From: Nannocystales bacterium
GTDB lineage: Bacteria > Myxococcota_A > Polyangia > Nannocystales > Nannocystaceae
Assembly: GCA_050633305.1 (NCBI GenBank)
Contig: JBOEGF010000047.1
Span: 1-64,000, forward strand
Direction of reading: 5' to 3'
Length of the DNA stretch: 64,000 nt
The notes beneath the pieces are model-generated. The model did no database searches. It was not told the DNA's origin and worked only from the letters and a program-made list of their open reading frames with translations. Positions 50,627 through 61,406 of this stretch are shown here, piece by piece. Both the position numbers and the translations under genes were made by a program. Every line of letters starts with the position of its first letter. Position 1 is the first letter of the stretch.

Positions 50627-51252
50627 TGACATCCGACGACGCAGTGCTGATCCAGGCCTGGCGCGGAGGAGACATCCAGGCCGCCGATACCCTCCTGCGC
50701 CGCTATTTCGACGAGTTGTGGCGATTCTTCCGCAACAAGGTCGACGACGCGGCCGAAGAGATGATCCAGCGGACGATGACCGCGTTGCTCAAAACCCCGG
50801 AACAGTTCCGCGGTGACTCGAGCTTCCGCACCTACCTGTTTCGGATCGCCCGCTCCGAGCTGTTTCGATTCTACCGAGAGCGCCAACGAACCCACGATCG
50901 ACTCGATTTTGGTTCGGTCTCCGTCGCCGACATGGGCGCGTCCCCCAGCTCGGTCGCTGCCCAGCGCCAGAACGAACGCGCCCTTCTCATCGCGTTGCGC
51001 CGCATCCCGCTCGAGTTTCAGATTCTGCTGGAGTGGCACTACTGGGAAGACCTGAAGATGACCGAGATCGCGGCGGCGCTCGACATCCCCTTGGGCACCG
51101 CAAAAAGTCGACTGCGACGCGCCCGGGAGCGCCTCGAGACCGAGCTGCGGGAGACGATCGACTCGCGCGACCAACTCTCGTCCACGCTTCAGAATCTCGA
51201 CTGCTGGGCCCAACAGCTCCGCGAAGCGGTGGGCAAAGCCGACGCCGGCTGA
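50623..51252 (+). CDS. ECF sigma factor coupled to kinase
   Basis: SSFRTYLFRIAR; EIAAALDIPLGTAKSRLRRAR; ATGA overlap with kinase stop. Confidence 0.93.
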   Translation: MMTSDDAVLIQAWRGGDIQAADTLLRRYFDELWRFFRNKVDDAAEEMIQRTMTALLKTPEQFRGDSSFRTYLFRIARSELFRFYRERQRTHDRLDFGSVSVADMGASPSSVAAQRQNERALLIALRRIPLEFQILLEWHYWEDLKMTEIAAALDIPLGTAKSRLRRARERLETELRETIDSRDQLSSTLQNLDCWAQQLREAVGKADAG

Positions 51253-51293
51253 CCCCGCCTGCGAGAGCCTCGCACAGCCCAGCCCAAGTCGGG

Positions 51294-51701
51294 CTAGTTG
51301 AGGTCCCGATCGGCTCCCGGCACGCCGAAGATGAGCGCACCGCTGGAGTAGCTGGTCCCGAACGTGTCGACGAGGCCCGCGACCTGCTCCAGCGCCGAAC
51401 CGAACTGTTCCGCGGTCAACGGGGACAGCGGATGAATGAACGCCGAGTACAACACGCCGTCGCTCGTCCCATAGCGGGCATCGAGCGCGGTGTGAAAGTT
51501 CGCCTCCAAGACCGCCGTGCGCTGCTCCTGTGTCATGTCCTCAGCATCGAGGATCGGTGCGACCAACCGCATCCGGTCAAAGCGCGTGTCGGTGAAGCAG
51601 GCCATGTGAACGCCGCCGATCTCGAAGTCCCAGGCGCCATCCTCTCCGCGCACGTTCTGGGCCCGGCTGCGGAGTGCGGCTTCGAGCGCTTCGACATCCA
51701 T
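51294..51701 (-). CDS. YbjN/type III chaperone-like protein
   Basis: DRMRLVAPI...LEANFHTALDARY...LYSAFIHPL...FGTSYSSG. Confidence 0.7.
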   Translation of the reverse strand: MDVEALEAALRSRAQNVRGEDGAWDFEIGGVHMACFTDTRFDRMRLVAPILDAEDMTQEQRTAVLEANFHTALDARYGTSDGVLYSAFIHPLSPLTAEQFGSALEQVAGLVDTFGTSYSSGALIFGVPGADRDLN

Positions 51702-51796
51702 CGCCCCACGGTAGCAGCCCTCCCCGCCCGCGCAGCCCCGGCGACCTCACAACCAACCGGGTGCCGCCCCGGGATCCGTCGTACGCTCCGGCCCCA

Positions 51797-52021
51797 ATGA
51801 TCTACCCCCACAGCAACGAGACCCAGACCCAGTGGGACCGGGGTGAGCTGCACGTTCAGCTCGTCCAGCCAAACAACCCCCGCCCGGTGGGCTTCTGCGA
51901 CGGGACCCCAGCGGACCTCGCAGAGCTTCGCGAGCTCGCCGAGTCCGAGGGCGCCGACGACTTCAGCATCGATCGAAAGGTCCTCAAATCAGGCCGAGAG
52001 ATCTGGACCGTCTCCGGTTGA
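51797..52021 (+). CDS. Small conserved-looking hypothetical protein (74 aa)
   Basis: MIYPHSNETQTQWDRG...GFCDG...KSGREIWT, coding-like codon use. Confidence 0.65.
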   Translation: MIYPHSNETQTQWDRGELHVQLVQPNNPRPVGFCDGTPADLAELRELAESEGADDFSIDRKVLKSGREIWTVSG

Positions 52022-52180
52022 TCCACGCTCGACGTCTTGCACCATCACGCACCCGCGGCCGGGATCGATCTGTGACGCGGCCCGCGGGCCCTCGCCCCGA
52101 TCCGATACCTCCGCGGCACCCAGAGACCGCGAAACGGCGTCCGCCAAGAGTTGGCTCGCATCTTGATGGTGCGGCAAACC

Positions 52181-53644
52181 ATGTCCGCACGCGTTCTCCT
52201 CGTCCTCGGCCTCCTCAACGGATGCGCCGCAACCTCCGACAGCGACAGCTTCGGCGGCAACGATTTCGGGGAAGGCACCAGCGGCGGGCCGACCGGCGGC
52301 ATGGTGACCACCACCCCACCCGCCTCGGGCGAGGACTCCAGCGGCAGCCCGGGCACCAGCGACACCGATGGCACAGGGACCGGCGGCCTGGAGACCGGGT
52401 CGGGCAACGGCGAGTCCAGCGGCGAGGTGCCCGGCTTTGAAAAAGGGCCCGGCCTGTACGTCAACGCAACCGTGGGGGCGGACTCGAACGACGGGAGTCG
52501 CGAGGCACCCATGCGCTCGATTCAATGGGCACTTCAAGAAGCGCAAGCGCAGGGACTCCCCGCGGTCTACGTCTCCCAGGGGCTCTACACCGCCACCCAC
52601 GATGACCTGGCGTCCATCGAGCTTCGACCTGGAGTCTCGTTGTACGGCGGGTTCTCAGCGACGAGCTGGGACGACCGCGACCCCGCCTTGTACCCAACCG
52701 AGGTCATCGACGAGTCGGTCGCGACGACAGGCGTCAGCGACCTGCTTCCCCACCACGCTGTGCATGCGCCGGTCGGCGTGTTTGAGGATGTCGTGGTCGA
52801 TGGGTTCACGATCACCGCCGCCGAAGCGGGCTACGCCGCAGCGGTGTTCATCGAAGGCGGCTCTCCGACCCTGACGGGCAACACCATCCTGGGTCGCCCC
52901 GCGGCGAGCGTGACCACGGCAGTGCGCATCAACGGGGGACGGCCCGTCTTCACGGACAACATCATCGATCCGGTGGGCGCCGTCAGCTCGAGCACCGGAG
53001 TGCGTTGCGACATGGGCCAGCCCGAGTTCGTCCGCAACGACATCCACTCCGGGGACACGGGCACCACCCACGCCGTGCTCTACGAGGTGTGCGACGGAAG
53101 TCTGGCCAACAACGTCATCCGCTCCGAACGTTCCACTGCGGCCACCTCCTACGCGCTCCAGCTGCACGACAGCTCCCCAGACATCCTCTCCAACAGCGTC
53201 GCGACCGATCCCGAGAGTGGGTACAGCAGCTACCACGCGTACATCACGGGAACCTCGACCCCGAGGATCGACAACAACAACTTCGTCCAGGTCAGCGAGC
53301 TCGGAGCGGTCTACTGCGTCTATGCCAGCGCCGGCGCGCAGCCGTCCTCCATGCGCAACAACAACCTGGGCTGTAGCCAGATCTACTCCGGAACGCTTTC
53401 GGCGACGACGCTGCTCGAGCTGGAGATGAATCTGCCCACCGCCACGGACAACATCGTGGTCGAGACCGCAGTCATGGACGCCGTCTCGGGAGACCTCCGG
53501 CTGCGTGACGACGGCAGCGTCCCGTGCGCCCTCGCCCGGGGCGGCCTGGACCTGTCGCGCGTGCTCGACCAGGACCGTGCGGGATCGATGCGCAGCGTTC
53601 CGTGGAGCATCGGAGCGTACGAACTCGACAGCGACTGTGAGTGA
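52181..53644 (+). CDS. Lipoprotein with right-handed beta-helix (pectin-lyase-like) domain
   Basis: LNGC lipobox; LYVNATVGADSNDGSREAPMRSIQ, SLYGGF, repeated xNxI, WSIGAYE. Confidence 0.85.
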   Translation: MSARVLLVLGLLNGCAATSDSDSFGGNDFGEGTSGGPTGGMVTTTPPASGEDSSGSPGTSDTDGTGTGGLETGSGNGESSGEVPGFEKGPGLYVNATVGADSNDGSREAPMRSIQWALQEAQAQGLPAVYVSQGLYTATHDDLASIELRPGVSLYGGFSATSWDDRDPALYPTEVIDESVATTGVSDLLPHHAVHAPVGVFEDVVVDGFTITAAEAGYAAAVFIEGGSPTLTGNTILGRPAASVTTAVRINGGRPVFTDNIIDPVGAVSSSTGVRCDMGQPEFVRNDIHSGDTGTTHAVLYEVCDGSLANNVIRSERSTAATSYALQLHDSSPDILSNSVATDPESGYSSYHAYITGTSTPRIDNNNFVQVSELGAVYCVYASAGAQPSSMRNNNLGCSQIYSGTLSATTLLELEMNLPTATDNIVVETAVMDAVSGDLRLRDDGSVPCALARGGLDLSRVLDQDRAGSMRSVPWSIGAYELDSDCE

Positions 53645-53711
53645 CGCGCTCGCGGGGCTCAACGGTCGCGCGACGCCTGCGGACGGCGTGCACAACCGCC
53701 GGGCCGGAGGT

Positions 53712-54425
53712 ATGAACCCGACGATGGAGGGGTTCATCGCATTCGCCATCGGGTTCGGCCTCCTGCAAGCGGCAACCTACTTGTGGAACGAGCGCAGCCA
53801 TCGGCAGGCGTGGGTCCACGATGTGCCGTATGCCCGCTCCGAACCGGACCTGGAGAGCGGATTCCGCGGGGACGGGCGCGTGCAGGACCAAACCTATGTG
53901 GGCCCGTTGCAGCACCCCCGCGCGCCATGGGGTGTGCGCGCCACGGCGCTGTGGTCGATCGGGATGGGACAGATGTTGATTCCCGGCGGGGCGATGGCGC
54001 TCGTGGGCTGCATGTTCTACGGCGTCGGCCTGGTGGGAATTCCGGGCTGCATTCTGGCGGCCCGCATCTGGGCGGTCGGACCGGCGCTCTTGCGAGCAGA
54101 ACCCGGCTCGGTCCATCGCGCCCGCTCGGCCGCGAGGTTCGCAAGGGTGTTGAACACGATCATCCTCGTCGTGGTCGCGGCGGTCCTGACGGTCCCCGAG
54201 TTCATGATCCTCGCTCTGGGCACCGCCCTCTACGCGGGGATCTCGTTTGCGCACGCACGGGCCCTGGACCGCGCCGCTGACCGTGTAGAAGCGCTGTGGG
54301 TCAAGCGTGGGTACTCCCGCGACGAGCTGTCCTCCCTGACACCGCGGCCTCACGCGACAAGCCCCCGCCGTCGTTCACGGTCGGGGACGACCGCCGCCGC
54401 ACCTGCAGCTCCGCCCAACGTCTGA
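53712..54425 (+). CDS. Membrane protein
   Basis: Several hydrophobic segments; RBS GGAGG. Confidence 0.7.
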   Translation: MNPTMEGFIAFAIGFGLLQAATYLWNERSHRQAWVHDVPYARSEPDLESGFRGDGRVQDQTYVGPLQHPRAPWGVRATALWSIGMGQMLIPGGAMALVGCMFYGVGLVGIPGCILAARIWAVGPALLRAEPGSVHRARSAARFARVLNTIILVVVAAVLTVPEFMILALGTALYAGISFAHARALDRAADRVEALWVKRGYSRDELSSLTPRPHATSPRRRSRSGTTAAAPAAPPNV

Positions 54426-54680
54426 ACGGGTCCAGGCTCGCGACGACGCCCAAGGTCTGCGCCACCTGCGCCAACGGTCTGGGCTGCGGTCGGCTTCACC
54501 GAGACCACCCCAACCGCCCATCGCGACGACCTCCATCCTCGGCGGCCGTACGGCCCCGCGACCCGTCCGCAGGCGACCCACAACCTCACCCAGGCGTCGG
54601 CAGACCAAGCGTCCGGCCGTTGCACCCGCACCCCTCCCGCGCGATTTGACTTTCCCACGCACGCAAACAAGAGTCTCTTC

Positions 54681-55406
54681 GTGCGGTTTCCTCGCCTCGC
54701 CGCGGCAGTTCTCGGCCTCGGCTGCTTCGCGGCCCCTGTTGCCGCCCACGCTGCGGAAGAACCCGGCGAGCCCGAGGGCTTCGTCGATCCGCGCGCGCGA
54801 CCCTTGCCCCGCAAGCATCGGTTCCGGCTGGGTCTTCAGATGGACTACATGCGGCTGTCCGCTGCGATCGACGAGGACTCGGGCAAGGTCCAACGGTTCC
54901 AGTTCATCCCGTTGCAGCTCGACTTCGCCTACCAGGGCCGGATCGGCCGCTACGTCATGGTCCGGCCCAGTCTCGCCGTGGGCGCAAACCCGGCCAACAC
55001 CGTCGAGGCCATGCCGATGGTCATCCATCCGCAGCTGTTCACCGGCTTTCAGGGACGTCTGGTCGGCGTGGCGTTCGGCTACGGGTTCCTTGGCGCGCCC
55101 ATCCAAAACAAAGACGCCGTCTCCGACATCCGGGGCGGCTTGGGGCAGCCGATTCTCAGCAACGCGCACCACATTGGTGGCGAGCTCTCCTTCACCACGC
55201 GAGTGCACCGGCGCCGCGAGTCCGCCCCCGGCGCGGGCGAGCTGTCCATCATCTTGCGCGTCGCAGGGCTCAACGGCCGCACTCGACACTTCGAGATCGA
55301 CACCCGTCGGTGGCGAGCCATGTTCACGTTCGGCCTCGGCTGGTACTTTGGTGACGGTCGACGCGGCCAGGCCCGACGTGCGCAGCGGTCAGCCGACGGG
55401 TCTTAG
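54681..55406 (+). CDS. Exported outer-membrane beta-barrel-like protein
   Basis: Signal AHA; MFTFGLGWYF near C-terminus. Confidence 0.75.
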   Translation: MRFPRLAAAVLGLGCFAAPVAAHAAEEPGEPEGFVDPRARPLPRKHRFRLGLQMDYMRLSAAIDEDSGKVQRFQFIPLQLDFAYQGRIGRYVMVRPSLAVGANPANTVEAMPMVIHPQLFTGFQGRLVGVAFGYGFLGAPIQNKDAVSDIRGGLGQPILSNAHHIGGELSFTTRVHRRRESAPGAGELSIILRVAGLNGRTRHFEIDTRRWRAMFTFGLGWYFGDGRRGQARRAQRSADGS

Positions 55407-55936
55407 TGGACCACGACCGCAACAGCGAGGCGCAGGCCTGCCCACCACGATCGGCGACCGACGAAATGCATCGTCGGCTGGAGGCCGAGCTCGAAGCCAC
55501 CGACATCGAGGACGGCCCGACCATGGGTCGTGCGGCTGGCGGTGTGTTCACCATCGGCCACATCGCGCTCGCATCGGTCCTCGGAGGGGGCATCGGTGGG
55601 GTGATCCTGATGACCGTCAACGACCGCCGAATGGAGCACCGGGCCGTGTGGCGAAGCGCCGTCGCTTACGTCATGGCGACGATGGGTGGGGCGCTGTTGC
55701 TGGGACTCGCGCTGCCTCCGGGATTCACCGCCCGCCTCGCACCCGTCCTCGCGTTGTTGCTCACCGTGATCCCGCCAATCGCGCTCGCGATCGTCTTCCA
55801 GAGACGCATGATGGCCGGGCGACCGCAGGAAGCTGAGCCCGCCCGCTCCATCGCGTTTGCGATCGCCGCAGGCTGGCTGATCTCTGCTGCCGTTTTCGGG
55901 CTGCTTCGTTCCGTCCTCCCCACGCCTCCCGCGTGA
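55406..55936 (+). CDS. Membrane protein
   Basis: Four hydrophobic segments; overlaps upstream stop. Confidence 0.7.
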   Translation: MDHDRNSEAQACPPRSATDEMHRRLEAELEATDIEDGPTMGRAAGGVFTIGHIALASVLGGGIGGVILMTVNDRRMEHRAVWRSAVAYVMATMGGALLLGLALPPGFTARLAPVLALLLTVIPPIALAIVFQRRMMAGRPQEAEPARSIAFAIAAGWLISAAVFGLLRSVLPTPPA

Positions 55937-56018
55937 GGATTCCCGGCGCCCGGGCAGGTAGGCGTGGCTGCACGGGCGGTGCGGCCCTTGGTACTTCTGC
56001 GGCCGAGGACTGCACCGC

Positions 56019-57407
56019 ATGACCGAGAACTTGATGAAGGGCGCCGTCGCCGACATGACCCGTGCCATCGGAGGCACGCCAATCGTCCGCCTCAACCGCG
56101 TCGCCGAGGACATCTCCTCCGAGATCTACGCCAAGGTCGAGTACCTGAACCCGGCGGGTTCGATGAAGGACCGCGTGGGCATGAACCTGATCCGCGACGC
56201 CGAGGAGCGCGGCATGCTCGGACCCGGCGGCACGATCGTCGAGGCGACCTCGGGCAACACCGGCGCTGGCTTGGCCATGGTCGCGGCGATCAAGGGCTAC
56301 AAGTGCATCTTCGTCATGCCCGACAAGATGTCGTACGAGAAGGTCGATGCCCTTCGAGCCTACGGCGCCAAGGTCGTCATCTGCCCGACCGCCGTCGAGC
56401 CCAGCGACCCCCGCAGCTACTACTCCACCGCGCGTCGCATCGTGGAGGAGACCCCCGGGGCGTTCTACGCGAACCAGTATCACAACCCCGCCAACCCCGA
56501 GGCGCACTACCTGAGCACGGGACCGGAGATCTGGGAGCAGACCCAAGGCGACTTCGACGTGTTCGTGTCCGGCATGGGCACCGGCGGCACCCTCAGCGGC
56601 TGCGGCCGTTACTTCAAAGAGAAGAACCCCGACATTCAGCTCGTCGGCGTCGATCCCATTGGCTCGCTGTACTACGAGTACGTGAAGACCGGCCGCCTCA
56701 CGAAGGCCTTCTCCTACTACGTCGAGGGCATCGGCGAGGACTTCCTTCCCTCGACGATGAACCTGGATATCCTCGACGACGTCGTCCAAGTCGACGACAA
56801 GGAGTGCTTCTTGATGACGCGCGAGCTCGTGCGTCGTGAGGGAATCTTCTGCGGCGGCTCGTGTGGCGCGGCCGTCATGGGCGCCATCAAGTACGCCCGC
56901 ACGCTCAAGGAGCCCAAGAAGATCCTCGTGCTCCTGCCCGACAACGCGCAGAAGTACCTCAGCAAGGTCTTCAACGACGACTGGATGCGCTCCAACGGCT
57001 TCCTCGACGAAGACGACGTCGAAGGCACCGTCGCCCACCTCATCAAAGCACGGGGCGGCGACGTCATCACCGCGCAGGCGTCCTCCTCGGTACGCGACGC
57101 CATCGGCGTGATGAAGCGGCACGGCATCAGCCAGCTTCCGATCCTCGACGACAAGGGACGACACTGCGGCATGGTGGCCGAGCGAGACCTGCTGAACGTT
57201 TTGGTGGAGAACGAGGGCAGCCTCGACACCCCGCTGCGGGATCTGGCCGACGGCGACTACGCCACCGTCTCCCCGCACACGCGCATCGCGTTGCTCAAGA
57301 ACATCTTCAATGACGCCAAGGCCGTGCTCGTCACCGAGGGCGATCGACTCATGGGCGTGCTGACGAAGATCGACCTGATCGACTACCTCGCGAACCAGAA
57401 GGTCTGA
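56019..57407 (+). CDS. Cystathionine beta-synthase with C-terminal CBS domains
   Basis: NPAGSMKDR (PLP Lys), EATSGNTG, GMGTGGT, VEGIGED, YLSKVFNDDWM, CBS pair. Confidence 0.93.
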   Translation: MTENLMKGAVADMTRAIGGTPIVRLNRVAEDISSEIYAKVEYLNPAGSMKDRVGMNLIRDAEERGMLGPGGTIVEATSGNTGAGLAMVAAIKGYKCIFVMPDKMSYEKVDALRAYGAKVVICPTAVEPSDPRSYYSTARRIVEETPGAFYANQYHNPANPEAHYLSTGPEIWEQTQGDFDVFVSGMGTGGTLSGCGRYFKEKNPDIQLVGVDPIGSLYYEYVKTGRLTKAFSYYVEGIGEDFLPSTMNLDILDDVVQVDDKECFLMTRELVRREGIFCGGSCGAAVMGAIKYARTLKEPKKILVLLPDNAQKYLSKVFNDDWMRSNGFLDEDDVEGTVAHLIKARGGDVITAQASSSVRDAIGVMKRHGISQLPILDDKGRHCGMVAERDLLNVLVENEGSLDTPLRDLADGDYATVSPHTRIALLKNIFNDAKAVLVTEGDRLMGVLTKIDLIDYLANQKV

Positions 57408-57485
57408 CGGCAACGACCTCGCGCGTCGTGACGGGAGCAGCACTGCTCGAGCACGACCGCGGAGGCACTGGCCGAGATCTTCCCA

Positions 57486-57525
57486 AAGACGCCGCCCCTT
57501 CAACGAGGGCGGCGTCTTCGTTTCT
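57486..57525 (+). terminator. Probable intrinsic terminator
   Basis: AAGACGCCGCCC/GGGCGGCGTCTT stem followed by CGTTTCT. Confidence 0.7.
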
Positions 57526-57740
57526 GCGACATCCGTCGACACGCCCCGACGAGCCCGGTGACGTCCACCACGGGCGCGTATCGGCGCTCGGTGGCTCTCA
57601 GCCCTCGGTGGCCCGATGACACAGCGAAGGGGCGCACCCGTTGGCTCTGGAAACCTCGACGAAGATGCGCGCGAACGCTCAGCTCGGCACGCATCCAGGT
57701 TCTCTAACATCTACAGATGTAATCTGAGACACTCTCCAAC

Positions 57741-58841
57741 GTGCGCCCAATCGAAACCGGCCAACCGGTCGCTTTTCAACATCCACTCGCAGACGAGGAG
57801 GAACGGTTTGAGCACGGCCGTCGGTTGACCCTTCGCGGCCTGCTCGGCGGCCGTGATTCGGACCTTTGGCGGTGTCGGGCGGCCAACCGGATTCTCGGAA
57901 GCCTCGGGAATCCGGGCCTTGCAGCGGCGACCCACGTCGAACGTGACGCTGATCGCCGGCTCGTCCTCACCTACGAGACCGACGACCGCGAGCCCCTCTC
58001 CGCACGCCTGAGCGATGCCCCTGCCTTCGTCGAACACGTCCTCATCCAGCTGTGTGCCGCATTGGAGGCCGCCCACAGCCTTGGGATCGTCCACGGTGGG
58101 TTGACGCCTGGCGCGGTCCGCCTGGGACACGACCCTCACCGCCCCTCCGTGACCCTGGCAGACTTTGGCCTGGGGCATCTGTTCGGAGCCAAGTCAGCGC
58201 TCGAGGGCGGCCAGTCCTGGCAACCCCACAGCCCCGAGTAGGAGCAGGGACTCGAACCAACGCCCCGGGAGGACGTCTATCTGCTCGGCGCGCTCGGATA
58301 CACGATGCTCACCGGGCGACCCCTGTTCGACAGCACGTCGCGGCCACAGACACTGCAGAAGCACGCGACCGAGACCCGAAGCGGAGTCACCCCGGGCAGC
58401 CTCCCCTGCGCGCCCGCCCTCGCGGCGATCGTGCAACGCTGCCTGAGCAAGAACCCCAGCGAGCGATTCTCCGGTCCCGCCGAGGTCGCGCATGCGCTGC
58501 TCGCCCGCGCCCCAGAGGCCCAGCTGCCCCCCCGCCCGGGACAACGCCCGGCGGTCGTCGGCGATGTCCTGTCGGCCGTCGCTCCATTCCCGCTGCGACC
58601 CATCCCGCCCGGTGTACCCGGAGACTCCAAACGGCTGGCCGCCATGATCATCGCCTCGACACTCGTCGTCACGGGCGTCACGTGGGCGGCTGTGTCATCC
58701 CTGCCCACGGACCCGTCTCCGCGCTCGAACGCAGCCGGTGCGGCAGATGAGCCCACGCGCGCGTCGGCAGCTGCGCCCTCCACCATCACTGCGGCGACCG
58801 AAGCAGACCTCCGCCCAGCCGCTCTCCTGCGGGGACCATGA
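57741..58841 (+). pseudogene. Degenerate protein kinase with in-frame TAG at 58239-58241
   Basis: ALEAAHSLGIVHGGL, ADFG, SPE*..., DVYLLGALGYTMLTGRPLF, RCLSKNPSERF in one frame. Confidence 0.7.
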
Positions 58842-59046
58842 GGTCCGGCCGCAGCTCGAGTGTCGGCGGGCAGGTGCCAACCTCGAAGGAGCGCAGCCGG
58901 ACCGACGCCGGGAACTTCGCGGCACGCGGGGCGTGGGACCCCTCGTGCTCAACCCGTGCTACGCCTTCGGGCACGAAAAAACCCGGGAGCCCGACCACCA
59001 TTGCTGGTGGGCAGCGCCCGGGCCTTTCACAGTCCGAAGCAGGCGA

Positions 59047-59424
59047 TCAGCCGGCGGCGGGACCCGTGAACGTGTACGTGAACGTTGCCTGACCGTCGCG
59101 ACGGTCTTCCGGCGTGAGCGCCAGACCGTCAACGGCCGTGACGACGCAGGTCTGAAGCGACTCGGGGGCGGTGGAGCCCTCGGCAGCGGTCGCGTTCATG
59201 ATGGCGCCCGTCTTCTTCTCGACGGTGAAGTTCACAACAACGTCGCCCGAGAGGGCTGGGTTGTTCGCGAGCTCTTTGTCGTAGCAGCTGCGGACGTCCG
59301 CGTTGCGAGTCTCGAGAAGAGCGCGGGTGTCGGTGCGGTACTGGTCTTCGCCACGGGCGATGAACGAGCAGCCCATCGAAAGGGCGACCGACGCGAGGAT
59401 CATGGAAGAGATGGTTTTACGCAT
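59047..59424 (-). CDS. Lipoprotein with AgmX/PglI (TonB-C-like) domain
   Basis: SMGC lipobox; VRSCYDKELANNPALSGDVVVNFTV...CV. Confidence 0.8.
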   Translation of the reverse strand: MRKTISSMILASVALSMGCSFIARGEDQYRTDTRALLETRNADVRSCYDKELANNPALSGDVVVNFTVEKKTGAIMNATAAEGSTAPESLQTCVVTAVDGLALTPEDRRDGQATFTYTFTGPAAG

Positions 59425-59451
59425 GTCGATTTCTCCTGCGGTGCAGCTGAA

Positions 59452-60078
59452 TCAGCCGCTGACCTTTTTCTCTTCGAGGACTTTCTCTTTGCCGTCTTCG
59501 GACACTTCGACCTTGGTCTGCGTGACCTCTTGCTCGATGATCACGAACTCGACGCGACGGTTCTTCTCACGACCGTCTTCGGTGTCGTTGCTCGCGATGG
59601 GCTGGGTTTCCCCGTAGCCCTTGGCCGAGAGGTGGTCCTTGGTGACCCCACCCTTACCGGTGAGGAACTTGCGAACCGCCTTGGCGCGACGATCCGACAA
59701 CTTCATGTTGTGGTTGTCTCCGCCTTCGGCCGAAGCGTGCCCCTGGATCTCGATCTTCTTGATCTGGGGGTTTTCTTGAATGACCTTGGCGACCTCGTTC
59801 AACAAGTCGAACGAGACTTCTTGAATCTTGTCCGAGTTGACCGCGAACTGGATCTTCTCGTTGATGGCGATCTTGTTGTCGCGAACTTCGACCCGCTTTT
59901 GCGGCTCGGGTTCGGGGGCAGCAGCAACAGGCTCGGGCTCCGGCTCAGCAGAAGTTCCCACAATGGCGAGGGAAGCGTCGTCGCTGAACACGATCGGTCC
60001 GCAAGCGGCCGTCGTGAGGAGCATGAAGCCCGCAGCAAGCAGACCGATGGCCCGGCTGGGATTGCGTAGAGCGTGCAT
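59452..60078 (-). CDS. OmpA-family lipoprotein
   Basis: TAAC lipobox; IEIQGH, NMKLSDRRAKAV, GYGETQP, KNRRVEF. Confidence 0.92.
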   Translation of the reverse strand: MHALRNPSRAIGLLAAGFMLLTTAACGPIVFSDDASLAIVGTSAEPEPEPVAAAPEPEPQKRVEVRDNKIAINEKIQFAVNSDKIQEVSFDLLNEVAKVIQENPQIKKIEIQGHASAEGGDNHNMKLSDRRAKAVRKFLTGKGGVTKDHLSAKGYGETQPIASNDTEDGREKNRRVEFVIIEQEVTQTKVEVSEDGKEKVLEEKKVSG

Positions 60079-60280
60079 GATGATCTCCGTACAGTTGGAA
60101 AAAGAAGCGGACCGCGAACGACAACAGGCCGAGCGGCGGTGCGCGCGTGAACATAGAAAACGCTCAGGAATCGTCAACCCCGGGCCTAGAGGTAGCTTCA
60201 GTTCTTCTGTGTGCGCAGACCATCGGTCCAAGCACGAAGACCGCTCGCTCATCGAGGGAGTTGGCGCTAGCCTATGGAAG

Positions 60281-61357
60281 ATGACGATGGTGAACCGGCT
60301 TGCATTGAGGGCGCTCGTAGGCGCCGGGTTTGTCCTGTGCAGCACGGGTTCGGCAGCGGCCGCGCCGGCTGATCCCGCGCCGGAGATAGCCGCACCAACC
60401 GGCGGGGAAACACCGTCCACCCCGTCCCCTGAGCCATCAGCTCCCGCGGAGGGGCCCACAGCGGCACCCGTCGCGGACGCTGGCGCAGTGCCCGCATCGC
60501 CCCCGGCCGCAGGCGCACCCGAGAGTGCGACGGCGGTGCCCGAAGCGCCTCCCGCCGCGGAAGACGAGGGCGCGGTTTCGGCCGCAGAAGAAACCCCACG
60601 TGAGGCAACCGCTACTAGTGCGGAGATTGAGGCAGAACGCCCCACGACCGGCCAGGAGAAATCCGACGCGATCGACCCAGATCTCCTCTCCGGGGACACG
60701 GAAGAGCCCGCTCCGCCCCCCGCTCCGACCGCCCGGACGGTCGTGCACGACCCCGGTGCGTACGACGCCGCGCTCGCGAAAGCCTATGCGGACGAGTACC
60801 GGCCCGCCGACAACCCCGGACGCCTACATGTCGGAGCTCGGGCGCTCTTCGCCAACGCGGGCGGCGACAGCGAGATCGGCGGACGCATGGGCGGCATGCA
60901 GGTCGATGTGGGCCAAGCGTGGAACCACTTCGGCTACGCCGCGACCGCATCGGCCTGGGGAGGCCGCGTCCTGTTGGGCGATCGCGTCGCCGAGATGAAC
61001 GCCCTGTTCGGCATCGGGCCCACGATCACGTTGGGTCGCAGCGCGCTTCAGCAACGCGGCATGATCGACCTCCGGCTTGGCTACGACTTCATGTACGGCG
61101 TGGTCAACCAGCGCTCGCAGCAAGCGACCATCGTCGCTCCGCAGGACGACTCGGCCTTCGCGCTCGAGCAAACCGAAAACCTCCTGCCTCATGGCCCTCG
61201 CGCCATGCTGCAACTGGGCCTCCTCAGCCCCAAGCGCCGCAACTACCACCACGGTATGGGCATCGTGTTTGGCTACCAGGGGTTGGTGGGTAGCCTCCGT
61301 GGCGACCTCCCCTTCACCCACATGCTGGTGACCGGTTTGCAGTGGTGGATGGGCTGA
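60281..61357 (+). CDS. Exported protein with Pro/Ala linker and beta-barrel-like C-domain
   Basis: Signal peptide, low-complexity linker, LVTGLQWW end. Confidence 0.75.
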   Translation: MTMVNRLALRALVGAGFVLCSTGSAAAAPADPAPEIAAPTGGETPSTPSPEPSAPAEGPTAAPVADAGAVPASPPAAGAPESATAVPEAPPAAEDEGAVSAAEETPREATATSAEIEAERPTTGQEKSDAIDPDLLSGDTEEPAPPPAPTARTVVHDPGAYDAALAKAYADEYRPADNPGRLHVGARALFANAGGDSEIGGRMGGMQVDVGQAWNHFGYAATASAWGGRVLLGDRVAEMNALFGIGPTITLGRSALQQRGMIDLRLGYDFMYGVVNQRSQQATIVAPQDDSAFALEQTENLLPHGPRAMLQLGLLSPKRRNYHHGMGIVFGYQGLVGSLRGDLPFTHMLVTGLQWWMG

Positions 61358-61406
61358 GGCCGCATCCGATCCCGCAGCGGGCAACTCGCCCGGTACCATC
61401 GCGTGC

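Noticed and set aside
38524..57710. Long antisense or alternative-frame ORFs (e.g. 38524-40473, 40241-41866, 47786-49657, 55761-57710)
   Set aside because: Shadow ORFs of well-supported genes, expected in high-GC DNA; Arg/Pro-rich with no motifs
58239..58241. Amber codon as pyrrolysine or programmed readthrough
   Set aside because: No pyl genes are present; a single C>T change from the expected CAG explains it
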